IMG/VR virus record: IMGVR_UViG_3300020195_001430
Span: 1,290 to 65,289 of that record
Strand: one strand, 5' to 3'
DNA length: 64,000 nt
Origin: a virus
Lineage: Duplodnaviria > Caudoviricetes
Shown: one piece after another, positions 1-9,813 of the stretch
Layout: every line of letters begins with the position of its first letter
Numbering within the stretch: the first letter of the stretch is position 1
Made by a program: the position numbers and the translations under genes
Notes under the pieces: generated by a model
The model's database searches: none
Told to the model about the DNA's origin: nothing
Seen by the model: only the letters and a program-made list of their open reading frames with translations

Positions 1-1
1 T

Positions 2-217
2 AAACAGCGTGACGGAGAAAGTCGATACCAAATATTCCTTTCATTCAACAAAGAGAATCTGAAAATCACAGAAACTTCACAAGCGACATACATGGACAAA
101 CTTAACTCTCATAAAGAGAAAGTTGTTGATGATGTCAAAATGGACCATATCATTAAGCCATTTGCTCCAGAAGATGATGATGTTCTGCCAGCGGTGGATG
201 ATGACAAAGATGACTAA
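2..217 (+). CDS. C-terminal end of a replicative helicase (DnaB/T4 gp41-like), 5'-truncated by the window edge
   Basis: Frame 2 reads KQRDGESRYQIFLSF...DDKDD*. KxRxG matches the arginine-finger motif near the C-terminus of DnaB-family helicases, and the gene lies next to UvsY, SSB and RecA. Confidence 0.6.
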   Translation, partial: KQRDGESRYQIFLSFNKENLKITETSQATYMDKLNSHKEKVVDDVKMDHIIKPFAPEDDDVLPAVDDDKDD

Positions 218-278
218 AGCATCGCACTTGTTTTTGCGATGATAAACTGATACAAACAAGGAACAAAGGGTGAATACC

Positions 279-827
279 ATGGCTAGAAAAGAAAAGCTAG
301 AGTTCGCAGGAGCGGTTGTGGAAATCGACCCAGAGAACCTACGATTCAACGAGACAAATCTGTCTCAATACATTCAGACCGAAGCTGGTTATTACGACAA
401 CTTCGGTGCATATCTCTCATTGGCAGAGAAGAACTTACAGAATTTCGAACTGCGTCACGAAAAGACGCTTGCCGAAAGGTTTGTGGAAGCCAAAGAGAAT
501 GGCGGCAGCGATAAATTGGCTGAAGCCAAAGCGAAATGTGATCCTGTCGTTGTTGATCTTAAAGACAAGATGAACGATGCCAAGTACATTGTTAATCGTC
601 TCAAGCAACATTTGCGTGCATGGGACAAGAACCATGACAACGCCCAGAGTCTTGGCCACATGCAGCGAAAGCTCATGGACAAGCTCCACGGAGACATCAT
701 GGGGAGCAGCAGATATCAGGGCGGCAGCAGCGTAAACGACGATCTCATTTCTGAGACTGTGAAGTCTTATGAAGAGGCGGAGAAGGACGGTGGGTTTGCT
801 GATGATTTGAGTTCTGCAATGTTTTAA
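279..827 (+). CDS. UvsY-like recombination mediator
   Basis: Helical protein with the pattern LRFNETNL...YY...AE...KAKCDP...LKQHLRAWD, resembling UvsY; recombination gene neighbourhood. Confidence 0.55.
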   Translation: MARKEKLEFAGAVVEIDPENLRFNETNLSQYIQTEAGYYDNFGAYLSLAEKNLQNFELRHEKTLAERFVEAKENGGSDKLAEAKAKCDPVVVDLKDKMNDAKYIVNRLKQHLRAWDKNHDNAQSLGHMQRKLMDKLHGDIMGSSRYQGGSSVNDDLISETVKSYEEAEKDGGFADDLSSAMF

Positions 828-871
828 CATGCGACCCCTAAATACACTCAGGTTGTATTTTAAGGGGTTGT

Positions 872-1279
872 ATGAAGAATCACTGGATGCAGGTTTACGA
901 GAAGAAAAAGAAAAAAATCTGGACTGCTGAGTTCAGTAAAAATGGCGTCTACTCTTTGAAGCCCCGTCGAGTTCATGTGGTCGATCCCAAGTATTCACTT
1001 GGGTTGTTGGGCCAGAACCACGGGGCTGTTTCTATTGTCTTCAAAGATGCCATGTTTGCCATCAACGACAAAGAATTGATGGATTTCTTGTCGAACGCAC
1101 ATTACCACAACATGTCTGGATATGTGTCTCGACTGAGGATATATCAGGGCTTGTCAGTCGAACTAGAGAACTATGAGTTGACCGGTTTGGTTTATGACAG
1201 CATGGGAAGTGGCGATTCGGTTGATGACATTAAGTTGACATTCTCATTTAAGCATCTTCGTCATTCTCAAGTTGCTTAA
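872..1279 (+). CDS. hypothetical protein
   Basis: 135-aa ORF with RBS (AAGGGG). Confidence 0.7.
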   Translation: MKNHWMQVYEKKKKKIWTAEFSKNGVYSLKPRRVHVVDPKYSLGLLGQNHGAVSIVFKDAMFAINDKELMDFLSNAHYHNMSGYVSRLRIYQGLSVELENYELTGLVYDSMGSGDSVDDIKLTFSFKHLRHSQVA

Positions 1280-1514
1280 ATATCTCATGTTAAGCGTAGA
1301 TACTGTAGTCCGTCAACTGTGCCTTCACTGTTGCTTGAGGCTACCCTCAATGATGTCACAAGCAGAAGATGCAGTGAGTGAAGCTTATGAGGAAGTTTGA
1401 TCATTCTCAGTGAGTGAAAGCTTATGCGAAACTCGACTAAAACCAGAAAAGAGGCCCGGCTTGTTGCGTTGACAGCTTGGTCTCTTTTCATTTACAATTG
1501 AATAGGTCTTAAAA

Positions 1515-2003
1515 ATGATCAAGAAAATAGCCGCAGTATTGATGTCGTTTTTCATTCTTACAGCCGCCCCATTGTTTGGTGGCGAGTCTTGGCATGAAAC
1601 AGAATTTGAAGTAAGAAGCTCTCCAAAAGAGGTTTCTGATTGGTTGAAAGATCACCCAAAAGAAGTAGCTCGTTCAACAAGAAGTGAACTTGTTTCTAAA
1701 GACGGTGATAAAATCAGAGTTCGTCAAGACACTCCAAAGGGGTTGATGGAATTTACTCTGCAAGAGACAGCCAAGGACAATGGTAAGACTTACGATTACA
1801 AATCTAAGTTGATCAAGGTCCATGAGGGTTTGATTGAAGATCAGGTTACTACAGTGAAGTTGTCGCCAAGTCGTTTTGGTGGTACAATTGTAGTCATGAA
1901 AATCTCGGCGAGAGTCCGAGACACAAAGCCGATTGCCATCAAGACTCAAATTGCCAAATCGGCCAGAGGCTTCCAAGAAATGGTGCAAAGAAAGTTCAAC
2001 TAA
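1515..2003 (+). CDS. exported protein, possibly SRPBCC/START-like fold
   Basis: N-terminal signal peptide (MIKKIAAVLMSFFILTAAPLFG). The fold guess comes from the strand pattern only. Confidence 0.5.
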   Translation: MIKKIAAVLMSFFILTAAPLFGGESWHETEFEVRSSPKEVSDWLKDHPKEVARSTRSELVSKDGDKIRVRQDTPKGLMEFTLQETAKDNGKTYDYKSKLIKVHEGLIEDQVTTVKLSPSRFGGTIVVMKISARVRDTKPIAIKTQIAKSARGFQEMVQRKFN

Positions 2004-2449
2004 TGTTCAGGAAATCAATTCAAGTTGAAAGTATGGCTCAGGCACGTCTGTTCAAATGCGACGTGCCGTGGGCCGCAATCAGCATTGTCACAGATGTTGG
2101 AGGCAATCCTGAACTCTCTGATGAGAACAGAATCGGATTATTGAACATGGCATTTGCAGATGCCGATTTTGCTCATTCTGGAATCACAGAAGAAATGCTG
2201 TTTAACAAACAAATGGCAAAACAAATTTTGGATTTCGTATCTGAGATGTGGCCAAAGGTTGAATGCTTTTTGATTCATTGCCATTTTGGAATGTCACGAT
2301 CACCAGCAGTGGCAGCGGCGATTGAACACGTTTATTACGGAAGAGGTGCCGACAATTGGTGGTTTGAAAGAAAGTGCCCCAACATGTTGGTTTACAGAAC
2401 TATTCTAAACACTCACTATGCGGCATCGCCACCAGCAACAACTGGTTGA
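2003..2449 (+). CDS. protein tyrosine/dual-specificity phosphatase-like protein
   Basis: P-loop HCxxGxSRS (IHCHFGMSRS); AISI near the N-terminus and PN near the C-terminus. Confidence 0.85.
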   Translation: MFRKSIQVESMAQARLFKCDVPWAAISIVTDVGGNPELSDENRIGLLNMAFADADFAHSGITEEMLFNKQMAKQILDFVSEMWPKVECFLIHCHFGMSRSPAVAAAIEHVYYGRGADNWWFERKCPNMLVYRTILNTHYAASPPATTG

Positions 2450-3195
2450 GAGAGACGAGCCTTTCTGGCTTCAAGCTCTGCTTTTTGTTTTGCTTGTTGA
2501 GCTTTCAATCTTTCAGCCGCAGCCGCTATGTTGTAATCTTTCTTTGACATGGTGTTCGATCCAGCAGTTGGCTGTATTGAACCTTGTCCAACAGTGTAGT
2601 GTTCTTTGGCTACAGATCCGGCTGGGATGAATGCCATGAGTTTTGGCAATCCAGAGTGGTTGTCTGTTGTTGGCCTAAGTTCTACTCCAGTACCTGATCT
2701 GAAGGCACTGTGGACTGTTCCGCCAGCCTCTTGTATGGCTTGCATGGCGGCATTCTTCAACATCTCTGCTGGTATGTGGTAAATCTCTGTTTCGGACTGA
2801 TTCATCACAAAGTAATGTTTTACAGATGTGCCTTTGAAATCTCGACCTTGATTTCTAGGGTTCTGTAGTTGTTGCATGACAGGAACTCTTGCATCGTAGC
2901 CCAAGACAACTTCATAGGCGATATCATCGCCGCCACGACCAGTCTTTCGTAGTTTGATTTGCACTGGTTCGCTGAGCCTTCCATCCAGATACCCGTCAAT
3001 CTTGTCGATCATATCGAGCTTCTGCATAGAAGATGAATTGCCAGCATCAACTGTAACAATTCGAACTCCATGTTTGAGCAATTCATTCTTAATGAACTTC
3101 TCTCCTTGGTCTTTTCCTTGCTTCAGTCTGTCTTCTTTAGATAGGTGGCTAAAATCTTGGCCAACTATTTCCATAAATTGTTTGAAATTGCCCAT
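2416..3195 (-). CDS. PD-(D/E)xK-like protein with a CTS-like N-terminus; paralog of 46258..46965
   Basis: KIDGYL...VQIKLR motif; starts MGNFKQFME. Confidence 0.5.
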   Translation of the reverse strand: MGNFKQFMEIVGQDFSHLSKEDRLKQGKDQGEKFIKNELLKHGVRIVTVDAGNSSSMQKLDMIDKIDGYLDGRLSEPVQIKLRKTGRGGDDIAYEVVLGYDARVPVMQQLQNPRNQGRDFKGTSVKHYFVMNQSETEIYHIPAEMLKNAAMQAIQEAGGTVHSAFRSGTGVELRPTTDNHSGLPKLMAFIPAGSVAKEHYTVGQGSIQPTAGSNTMSKKDYNIAAAAERLKAQQAKQKAELEARKARLSQPVVAGGDAA

Positions 3196-3260
3196 GAACT
3201 ATCTATAAGATTTTTCACTGAAAATTGCAATAACAAATTCATAGTTGTCACTATCTTATC

Positions 3261-3358
3261 ATAGATGGTAGGGTGCCTGATTGACAAGAATCAGGCATAA
3301 CTGCGGCTAGTTGCGTAAGCGACTTGGGGCATGATGTCCCGAAACACCTCCATCTAAG
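3261..3358 (+). ncRNA. candidate structured non-coding RNA (multi-branch junction)
   Basis: Closing stem TAGATGG..GGTG/CACC..CCATCTA encloses hairpins CCTGATT/AATCAGG, AGTTGC-GTAA-GCGACT and GGGCAT/ATGTCCC; a terminator follows. Confidence 0.45.
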
Positions 3359-3359
3359 C

Positions 3360-3404
3360 GAGAGTGTGTTGGAAGTTTATCCTCCAACACACTCTTTTTA
3401 TTTA
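3360..3404 (+). terminator. intrinsic terminator
   Basis: GAGTGTGTTGGA/TCCAACACACTC hairpin followed by a T-tract. Confidence 0.75.
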
Positions 3405-3405
3405 T

Positions 3406-4023
3406 ATGGACGCAGAACTTATTCGTGATCAACTTAAGCTGGGATTGATGTCGCCACAGAATTTGTTGTCTGGTACAAAGCTCTTGGATGAATCTTCTAG
3501 GAACGCAGGGGATTATCAAGACTTCAACTATTTGCCATTCTACTATCATTTGGGGAAACAACTTACACCAAAGGTTGTTTATCAGATCGGTGCCAAGCTA
3601 GGTCTTGTTGGAGCTTGTTTTCTTAGAACATGCAAGACAGTAGAGCAGTGGTTGGCCATGGATCAAGACAGAGATCTGGCTGCTCGAATCATCACATCAA
3701 ATCTTAAACTTCACACTAAGTATTGTGATGACATCATGCCGGGTCCAATGGGATATATGGGACTTAGCGACGGCATGTTAGAAACGACAACTCCCTACAC
3801 AAGAGAGTTCCCCGGATTCGACGTTGGGTTTCTTACAGAAAACTTTGGGGCCGAAAGATACCTTAAGCACTTGAATTTCTTGTGGAAATATTTGACTCCT
3901 GAAGGATTATTAGTTGCCGACTATATAAACTCACATGATGTCTTTCACGAGTTTTGTAGGGTAAACAACCGTGAACCGGTGATTTTCAACACTCGCTATG
4001 GCGTAGGCATCATTCAAAGGTAA
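3406..4023 (+). CDS. divergent class I SAM-dependent methyltransferase-like protein
   Basis: VYQIGAKLG (motif I-like) and WKYLTPEGLLVADY (LxPGGxxxxD-like). Confidence 0.5.
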   Translation: MDAELIRDQLKLGLMSPQNLLSGTKLLDESSRNAGDYQDFNYLPFYYHLGKQLTPKVVYQIGAKLGLVGACFLRTCKTVEQWLAMDQDRDLAARIITSNLKLHTKYCDDIMPGPMGYMGLSDGMLETTTPYTREFPGFDVGFLTENFGAERYLKHLNFLWKYLTPEGLLVADYINSHDVFHEFCRVNNREPVIFNTRYGVGIIQR

Positions 4024-4035
4024 CAGGAGAAAATT

Positions 4036-4983
4036 ATGGGTTATGAAATCAAATACATGTACCACCCACGCAAAGAGGATGGTGGTTACAATACAGAAAC
4101 AAAAGAAGAGAAGACCGTAAAGGTCGGTAAGCCGTTCGATGAGACTCCTCTGGAGAAGTGTGCGGCGGCGATTATGGTTCAACTGGCTCGACGAGATGTC
4201 TGGGTTGTTGACGTTAAGGTCTACGAGCTTGTCAAAAGCGAGATCAGCTTCAAGGAAGCCGCTGATGGCCGTGGGATTATCTTAAAGAACAAGAAATACA
4301 ATCTGGGAAGCACAGCCGAGGCACTGGCTGAAGATCTCGTCGAAGAAGAACAATTGCCATTGCCAGCAATGATCGGTCCTGCTGGAATGCAACCTCATGA
4401 GATTGCGGCTTTGCAGAGACAACAGCAGCAAGGCACTGATCTGTCCAATCTGTATGATGGAAGAGCGACCGTCCCCGTCAAGAAGACGCCAAGACCACCT
4501 ATCAATCAGAACAAGACGATCTACCATGTTTATTTCGAGCCATTGCAATGGGCGAATGAAGCCAAGAAAAACAAACTCAAGTTTACAGAAGACAGGAAGT
4601 ATTCGGTTCACGCTGTGATTCCAAAGAAGACAGCCACTGGAGAAATCAGATTGGATGCTCAGGAAATCGCCGTGACTGACGATGACGGGAAGGTAATGAT
4701 TCTTGATGAGAAATACTTTACCGTGGCAGGAAGGGGGCTGTTCGGCGACGAACAGTTGGGGTTTTCAGGATCAAACGGTCGAAGAGAATCCAACAGACCC
4801 AAGCTCATGCACGAAAACGAACTCACCATCGGAACTCACCCAGAAGAACGATCACCGCAGCCTTACAAGCAAATTCGTCGCCCTTCTCAAGCGGATATTC
4901 CGGCTGGGATTCCTGTAGACGATGGCTCTATTCCAGAAGAGTTGTACGCTGTGCCTGATTTGAGACCAAACAGAAGATCTTAA
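4036..4983 (+). CDS. hypothetical protein
   Basis: 315-aa ORF with RBS AGGAG. Confidence 0.75.
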   Translation: MGYEIKYMYHPRKEDGGYNTETKEEKTVKVGKPFDETPLEKCAAAIMVQLARRDVWVVDVKVYELVKSEISFKEAADGRGIILKNKKYNLGSTAEALAEDLVEEEQLPLPAMIGPAGMQPHEIAALQRQQQQGTDLSNLYDGRATVPVKKTPRPPINQNKTIYHVYFEPLQWANEAKKNKLKFTEDRKYSVHAVIPKKTATGEIRLDAQEIAVTDDDGKVMILDEKYFTVAGRGLFGDEQLGFSGSNGRRESNRPKLMHENELTIGTHPEERSPQPYKQIRRPSQADIPAGIPVDDGSIPEELYAVPDLRPNRRS

Positions 4984-5002
4984 TCTACAGAAAGGAAAGA
5001 TC

Positions 5003-5497
5003 ATGACATCTAAAGAACAGAGGAAGTTGCAGAAGAGAAAAGCTCGTGAAAAGGAGAACAAGGAACAGCTTCTCGTCAAACGAGAAAAGTTGCGTGCTCC
5101 TGCTCGTGAGGCCAGAGAAGACATGCGACGTGAGAAGAGGATCAAGAAGCTTCAAAAGGATTTGGAGCATTTTGACCAAATCATGCAAGACAGAGAGTTG
5201 GCGGTTGCCAGCGACAGTACATTGTCGCAGCTTGAGAAGAACATCGAGATTCTTAAAGTGCTGGAAGCAGAACACAATCGAGAGATGGCACAGAAAGCTG
5301 CACTCAATCAAGAGCTTGAAGAAAAGGGCTACTTCACTTTGGAAGACAAAATGAAAGCAGCCCAAGAGCTTTTGGTTAAAGAAACCAATGTCGGAGTGGG
5401 CGGATCTGCGGAATGTAAGGTCGGTGGGCCGGTGAAGGAGACTGCTCAAGTTTCTGTAATAAAGGCTCCGCAAAACGAAACTACAGAAAATTCTTAA
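5003..5497 (+). CDS. hypothetical coiled-coil protein with basic N-terminus
   Basis: 164-aa ORF with RBS AAGGA. Confidence 0.7.
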   Translation: MTSKEQRKLQKRKAREKENKEQLLVKREKLRAPAREAREDMRREKRIKKLQKDLEHFDQIMQDRELAVASDSTLSQLEKNIEILKVLEAEHNREMAQKAALNQELEEKGYFTLEDKMKAAQELLVKETNVGVGGSAECKVGGPVKETAQVSVIKAPQNETTENS

Positions 5498-5596
5498 AGA
5501 CCGCTAAAGTCCATTGACCCGTTTGGCGAAAAGAAGTATAAGACAACCATCTGAAACAAAACTGTTACAGATCACTTTTCACTTACGGAGGATACC

Positions 5597-6616
5597 ATGT
5601 CTGATTTCGGAACTCTCGATCTCGAAGAAATGATGGGCGAAGATGCCCGTCTCAATGAAGCTGGCCAAGCCAACTTCTTGGAACAATTCGTTCCAATGCC
5701 GGAAGTTAAACCCGGCCAAACCGGTACGGTTTCTGTACGCATTCTGCCGCCTGTGCGTGGCGGGAAGTTGTATCAGTACAACCGTACTCACAAGATGAAT
5801 GGACGCAGCATTCACTGCCCACGTCCACTCGTCAACGGCAAGTGGGAACGCACCATCGCCTGTCCAATCTGTGACTACTACAGTGGTCTCTGGGCACAGG
5901 CTGACAAGCTGGAGAAAGCCGGTCACGTCAATGAGGCCAACAAGCTCAAGACGGAAGCTCGGTTGATCAAGCCTGTCGAGCGTTACTACTACAACGCCAT
6001 TGTTCGGTCGATGCCGGGAGAAGGTGGGGCTATCCTCACCAATGTCGGACCACGGATTCTCTCCGTTGGCAAGCTGTTGCACAAGCAACTGATTCGTGCC
6101 ATCGTTGGCGAAGAAGGTGATCCTGATTCCAAGCTCGGTAACTTCACCGATCTGAAGGCTGGTTACGACTTCATCATTCGTAAAGAAGTCACCAGCGGCG
6201 ACGGATTCCCCAAGTACGAGCGATCTGGATTCGCTCGCAGCACATCTCCTGCTGGAAACCCAGAAGAAGTCAAGAAGTGGGCAGAAGCACTGCACGACTT
6301 GACCAAGCTTCGCAACCCGAAAGAACTCGAAGTTCTGGAAAAGGAACTGGCCATTCATCGTGGTCTCATTCCTGATGATGTCGAGAAGTTCGACACCAAC
6401 AGCTTCGACGCCAAGTGGGGCAAGAAGGTGGCAGAAGAAGTGCAGGAGTTGATGGAACACAAGCCGGGCGGAGTTTCCGTTCCAGCAGACGTGACACCAA
6501 CTTCGGTCACAACTTCGGTCACAACCTCGGAAGCAAGCGTCTCTGCCAAGAGCGAAGACATCCCCATCGGTGATGAGGATTTCTTGAATGCACTTGAAGA
6601 GATGGAAGGCAAGTAA
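5597..6616 (+). CDS. single-stranded DNA-binding protein (T4 gp32-like)
   Basis: VRILPP, H..C..CPIC Zn site, YYNAIV, GYDF.I.K...F.KYE.S.F and an acidic tail; directly upstream of RecA. Confidence 0.85.
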   Translation: MSDFGTLDLEEMMGEDARLNEAGQANFLEQFVPMPEVKPGQTGTVSVRILPPVRGGKLYQYNRTHKMNGRSIHCPRPLVNGKWERTIACPICDYYSGLWAQADKLEKAGHVNEANKLKTEARLIKPVERYYYNAIVRSMPGEGGAILTNVGPRILSVGKLLHKQLIRAIVGEEGDPDSKLGNFTDLKAGYDFIIRKEVTSGDGFPKYERSGFARSTSPAGNPEEVKKWAEALHDLTKLRNPKELEVLEKELAIHRGLIPDDVEKFDTNSFDAKWGKKVAEEVQELMEHKPGGVSVPADVTPTSVTTSVTTSEASVSAKSEDIPIGDEDFLNALEEMEGK

Positions 6617-6630
6617 TCGCCTTTCGGACA

Positions 6631-6667
6631 GAGGGGCGGACGGCGTAACGTCCGCCCCTCATTTTTT
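6631..6667 (+). terminator. intrinsic terminator
   Basis: GAGGGGCGGACG/CGTCCGCCCCTC hairpin plus T-tract. Confidence 0.85.
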
Positions 6668-6699
6668 ATCAAAGCTTGTTTTTATAGGGGGAACATTCC

Positions 6700-7953
6700 A
6701 TGGCCAAGAAGAAAGCTACCGAGAGCTATGATCTCGACGCAGAATATGCCAGCATCGCAGCAGATACTGGCGGAGATGTCTTAGAAGATCTCGAAGACAT
6801 CAGATTTTTCATCGACACCGGCAACCTAGCCATCAACTATTCTTGCTCCGGCAAGTACATTAAGGGTGGCATTCCGGGAAACAGAATTACAGAAGCATAC
6901 GGCCCAGAAGCTTCTGGAAAATCATTGATTGCATCGAACTGTTTGTACGGTGCTCAATTGCTGGATGGCTGGGCTGTCATTCTTGATTGCGAAAACGCAA
7001 CCAACGCTGAGTTCATGCAGAAGGTCAGTCATCTGAACTTGAAGCGTGTTCTCCGTTACGCTCCCTCATCTCTTGAGCGAGCATTCCGTCAAATTCATGT
7101 GACCACGAAGGCAATTCGTGACCGTGAAGTTGCAATGGGTCGTGAACGAAAGCCGATTGTATTTGTGTTCGACTCTCTCACAGTTCCACCATGTGAACGT
7201 GAATTGAAGGAGAACGATCTTCCAATGGACTTCAGTGTCGCAGATTGGAAGACAATCGTTGGTCGTCACGAACAGCCGGGCGAAAGGGCCAAAGTCATCT
7301 CTGCCGAGATGCGTAAGTTGCAGTCAATGGTGGTTGAACAAGATGTGACTGTTTACATCATCAACCAGACTCGTGACAAGATCGGCGTGATGTATGGTTC
7401 TCCAGAAACGACTCCGGGCGGAAATGCACTGAAGTTCTACGCTTCTCTGCGGATGAGAACATCTGCAAAGAAGAAGATCGAGCACAAGAGTCTGGAGAAG
7501 TTTTCTGGAATCAACATGCAGGTCAAGAACGTCAAGAATCGTTCGTTCCGACCATTCGTTGTCGCCGACGACGTTAAGCTGTACTTTGACAATGGAGTAG
7601 ATCCTCTAAGTGGATTGCTCACATGTTTGATCGAGGGCGAGCGTGTCGCAGGCAAGGGGAACTACGCTGTCGCTGATGCGTATTTGCCAGAAGGTCGGGC
7701 AGAGTACAAGTTCAGGGCAAAGAAGGCTGAGAACAGAATTCCGGTTCAGGTTCTCTTGGATTGCCCAAAACTGATTGACGCCGAGAGTGAAGCCGAAGTA
7801 CAAGAGTACCTCGACAGATGGGGCGGCGGTTTGATGGCCACAGAAAGTGGCGAGTATGGCGAGAAGTCTGTGCAGTTCGATGCAGATGGCAATCCATTTG
7901 AATCGGCTGACTATGACAGCTACGAGGAAGATGGAGAAGAAAGCGAGGACTAA
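6700..7953 (+). CDS. recA: RecA/UvsX recombinase
   Basis: Walker A GPEASGKS, Walker B VFDS, INQTRDKIGVMYGSPETTPGGNALKFYAS. Confidence 0.95.
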   Translation: MAKKKATESYDLDAEYASIAADTGGDVLEDLEDIRFFIDTGNLAINYSCSGKYIKGGIPGNRITEAYGPEASGKSLIASNCLYGAQLLDGWAVILDCENATNAEFMQKVSHLNLKRVLRYAPSSLERAFRQIHVTTKAIRDREVAMGRERKPIVFVFDSLTVPPCERELKENDLPMDFSVADWKTIVGRHEQPGERAKVISAEMRKLQSMVVEQDVTVYIINQTRDKIGVMYGSPETTPGGNALKFYASLRMRTSAKKKIEHKSLEKFSGINMQVKNVKNRSFRPFVVADDVKLYFDNGVDPLSGLLTCLIEGERVAGKGNYAVADAYLPEGRAEYKFRAKKAENRIPVQVLLDCPKLIDAESEAEVQEYLDRWGGGLMATESGEYGEKSVQFDADGNPFESADYDSYEEDGEESED

Positions 7954-8279
7954 AATCCCGCTCTTCGATCATAAGGCAGGTAGTCGGGATCGGCTACCTG
8001 CCTTATTTCGTTTCCATTAGCGAGCCATTGCATGACCTCTTCATCAGAGATCTCCCCCATTACTTCGTCTATTTGAGAGTGGGTAAAGCTTCTGCTTACA
8101 TCACCGTGTCTTAAAATGAACCCGTGTCCATCGACTAGAATTTCATCAGCGTCTGTAACCAATGTGCCTCGTTCGAGGCTTGCAAAGAATTCATCTTCAA
8201 CAGTATACAATCTCTCTGGCGTGTTCCTGTCTGGATCACGAAACCAACGCCAAATTGCATTCATCACTCCACCAAGCAA
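7950..8279 (-). CDS. hypothetical protein
   Basis: ORF fills the gap and overlaps its neighbours at both ends. Confidence 0.55.
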   Translation of the reverse strand: MLGGVMNAIWRWFRDPDRNTPERLYTVEDEFFASLERGTLVTDADEILVDGHGFILRHGDVSRSFTHSQIDEVMGEISDEEVMQWLANGNEIRQVADPDYLPYDRRAGF

Positions 8280-8731
8280 TATTTCCCCTGACCGATCTTT
8301 TTGATTGTCATACCGCCTCTGATCAGTTGTTTCCTGACGGCTGACAGATGATTACACAAACATGCGTCTGTGATATCGCAATTTTTGTACCGATTCTTCA
8401 GATCTTTAAGAGACACTGGCTTGCCGCCACTCAACCTTGCATGGATGAATTCTCTGATCTTCTTCGCATTCTTTAAGATAGAGCTACGAGGACGACTTTT
8501 TGGATAAATCTTTTCAGGGTTCTGGACTTTCATCTCAATATCGTAATCTGGGTTGCAGATGGCACCGGCCAGATTCTTCAATTGAGATATGATTTTGCCT
8601 TCTAACACTTCCACTCGATACACTTCTGCATGGAATGTCTTGACGTATTCCACGATAGATGTCATGTATTTCTCATTGACAAGGAACTTTCTCTTGTCAG
8701 GAGTTTTTATAAGCAAGCAGTAATTATTCAT
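8264..8731 (-). CDS. hypothetical protein, possible C-terminal winged helix
   Basis: RBS GGGAG before ATG 8731; C-terminus VSLKDLK...LCNHLSAVRKQL..GG..IKKIGQGKY. Confidence 0.6.
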   Translation of the reverse strand: MNNYCLLIKTPDKRKFLVNEKYMTSIVEYVKTFHAEVYRVEVLEGKIISQLKNLAGAICNPDYDIEMKVQNPEKIYPKSRPRSSILKNAKKIREFIHARLSGGKPVSLKDLKNRYKNCDITDACLCNHLSAVRKQLIRGGMTIKKIGQGKYCLVE

Positions 8732-8787
8732 GGTTCTCCCTTGACATGGATTGACTGTAAGACACATTCTACATAAAATACGAAGTT

Positions 8788-9813
8788 ATGGACAGACCTA
8801 TTGACTGCCGTTCTTTTAGAAGATTCGGCACAGAAATCGAACTGAATACTCTGAATGGAATTATTAAGAGGCCAGACTCAGAGGCCGGAGAAATTCCAAA
8901 CGGTGCCGACTACGTTGCTTATATTGTAAGAAAAGCATCTAAAGACAAAGTACAGATCTCTTCTTGGGATTATGTTCACAACAATGACAATTGGGTGTTG
9001 AAGCATGACATGAGTTGTGGATTGGAGATCAACACGCCGGTCTTCAAGGGATGGCACGGATTACAAAAATTGGTTCGAGTCATTGAAGCTTTGTCAAAAG
9101 ATCCTAAGATCAAAGCAAATCACTTGTGTTCTTTGCATGTTCATGTTGGCATTGGGGATCTGGATGTTGAGCAACTGGCGGCTGTGATTGCTTATTACAT
9201 CAAATGCGAGCATATCTTTTTTGATTCGGTTCCATCACAAAGAAAAAACAATCGTTATTGTCAGTTGATAGGAATGACTGATTGGTTCGGAACTGATTTC
9301 GATATGGACCCCATGGATATTGTTAGTCGTATCTCACAATCAAAATATGGGTCAATCAACGCATTTCATTTTGTAAGAGGCGGTGGCTTCGTCACTGGTA
9401 ATGATCGCAGACAGACTTTGGAATTCAGGATTGCGGAGAACACGGCATGTGTAGATCCGTACTTTACTAAGAACTGGGTTCGTTTATTATTGCACTTCAT
9501 AGAAGTAACTAAAGATAGAAGACTGCCTCGTCCATATTCTCTTGGCAACCAGATGTCTGGATTGGCGTGGCTGGACTTCCAAGAAGTTTACAAGTTGCTG
9601 AAATTTGATCAAGAACTATCTCCGGGGATGCAACAGGTCCGCCAATGGTTTATGGACCGCATTACAAAAAACGGGAATGCGACTGGGTATTCTGCCATCT
9701 GGTCTGAGGCAGGTAGATCTGTTTGCAGAAATCAATTTTTGGATATCAGCAGAAAACTAGCAAGGATCAATGATTATGAAGATGCTTTGTATGGAGAGAA
9801 GTGGTCTGTCTGA
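8788..9813 (+). CDS. putative amidoligase (COOH-NH2 ligase, Amidoligase_2-like)
   Basis: FGTEIE, KHDMSCGLEINTP, CSLHVHV and TLEFR motifs. Confidence 0.85.
   Translation: MDRPIDCRSFRRFGTEIELNTLNGIIKRPDSEAGEIPNGADYVAYIVRKASKDKVQISSWDYVHNNDNWVLKHDMSCGLEINTPVFKGWHGLQKLVRVIEALSKDPKIKANHLCSLHVHVGIGDLDVEQLAAVIAYYIKCEHIFFDSVPSQRKNNRYCQLIGMTDWFGTDFDMDPMDIVSRISQSKYGSINAFHFVRGGGFVTGNDRRQTLEFRIAENTACVDPYFTKNWVRLLLHFIEVTKDRRLPRPYSLGNQMSGLAWLDFQEVYKLLKFDQELSPGMQQVRQWFMDRITKNGNATGYSAIWSEAGRSVCRNQFLDISRKLARINDYEDALYGEKWSV

Noticed and set aside
3276-3346. Hammerhead ribozyme (CTGATTGA ... CGAAAC)
   Set aside because: The core is CUGAUUGA rather than CUGANGA and is paired within a hairpin; kept only as an unknown structured RNA.
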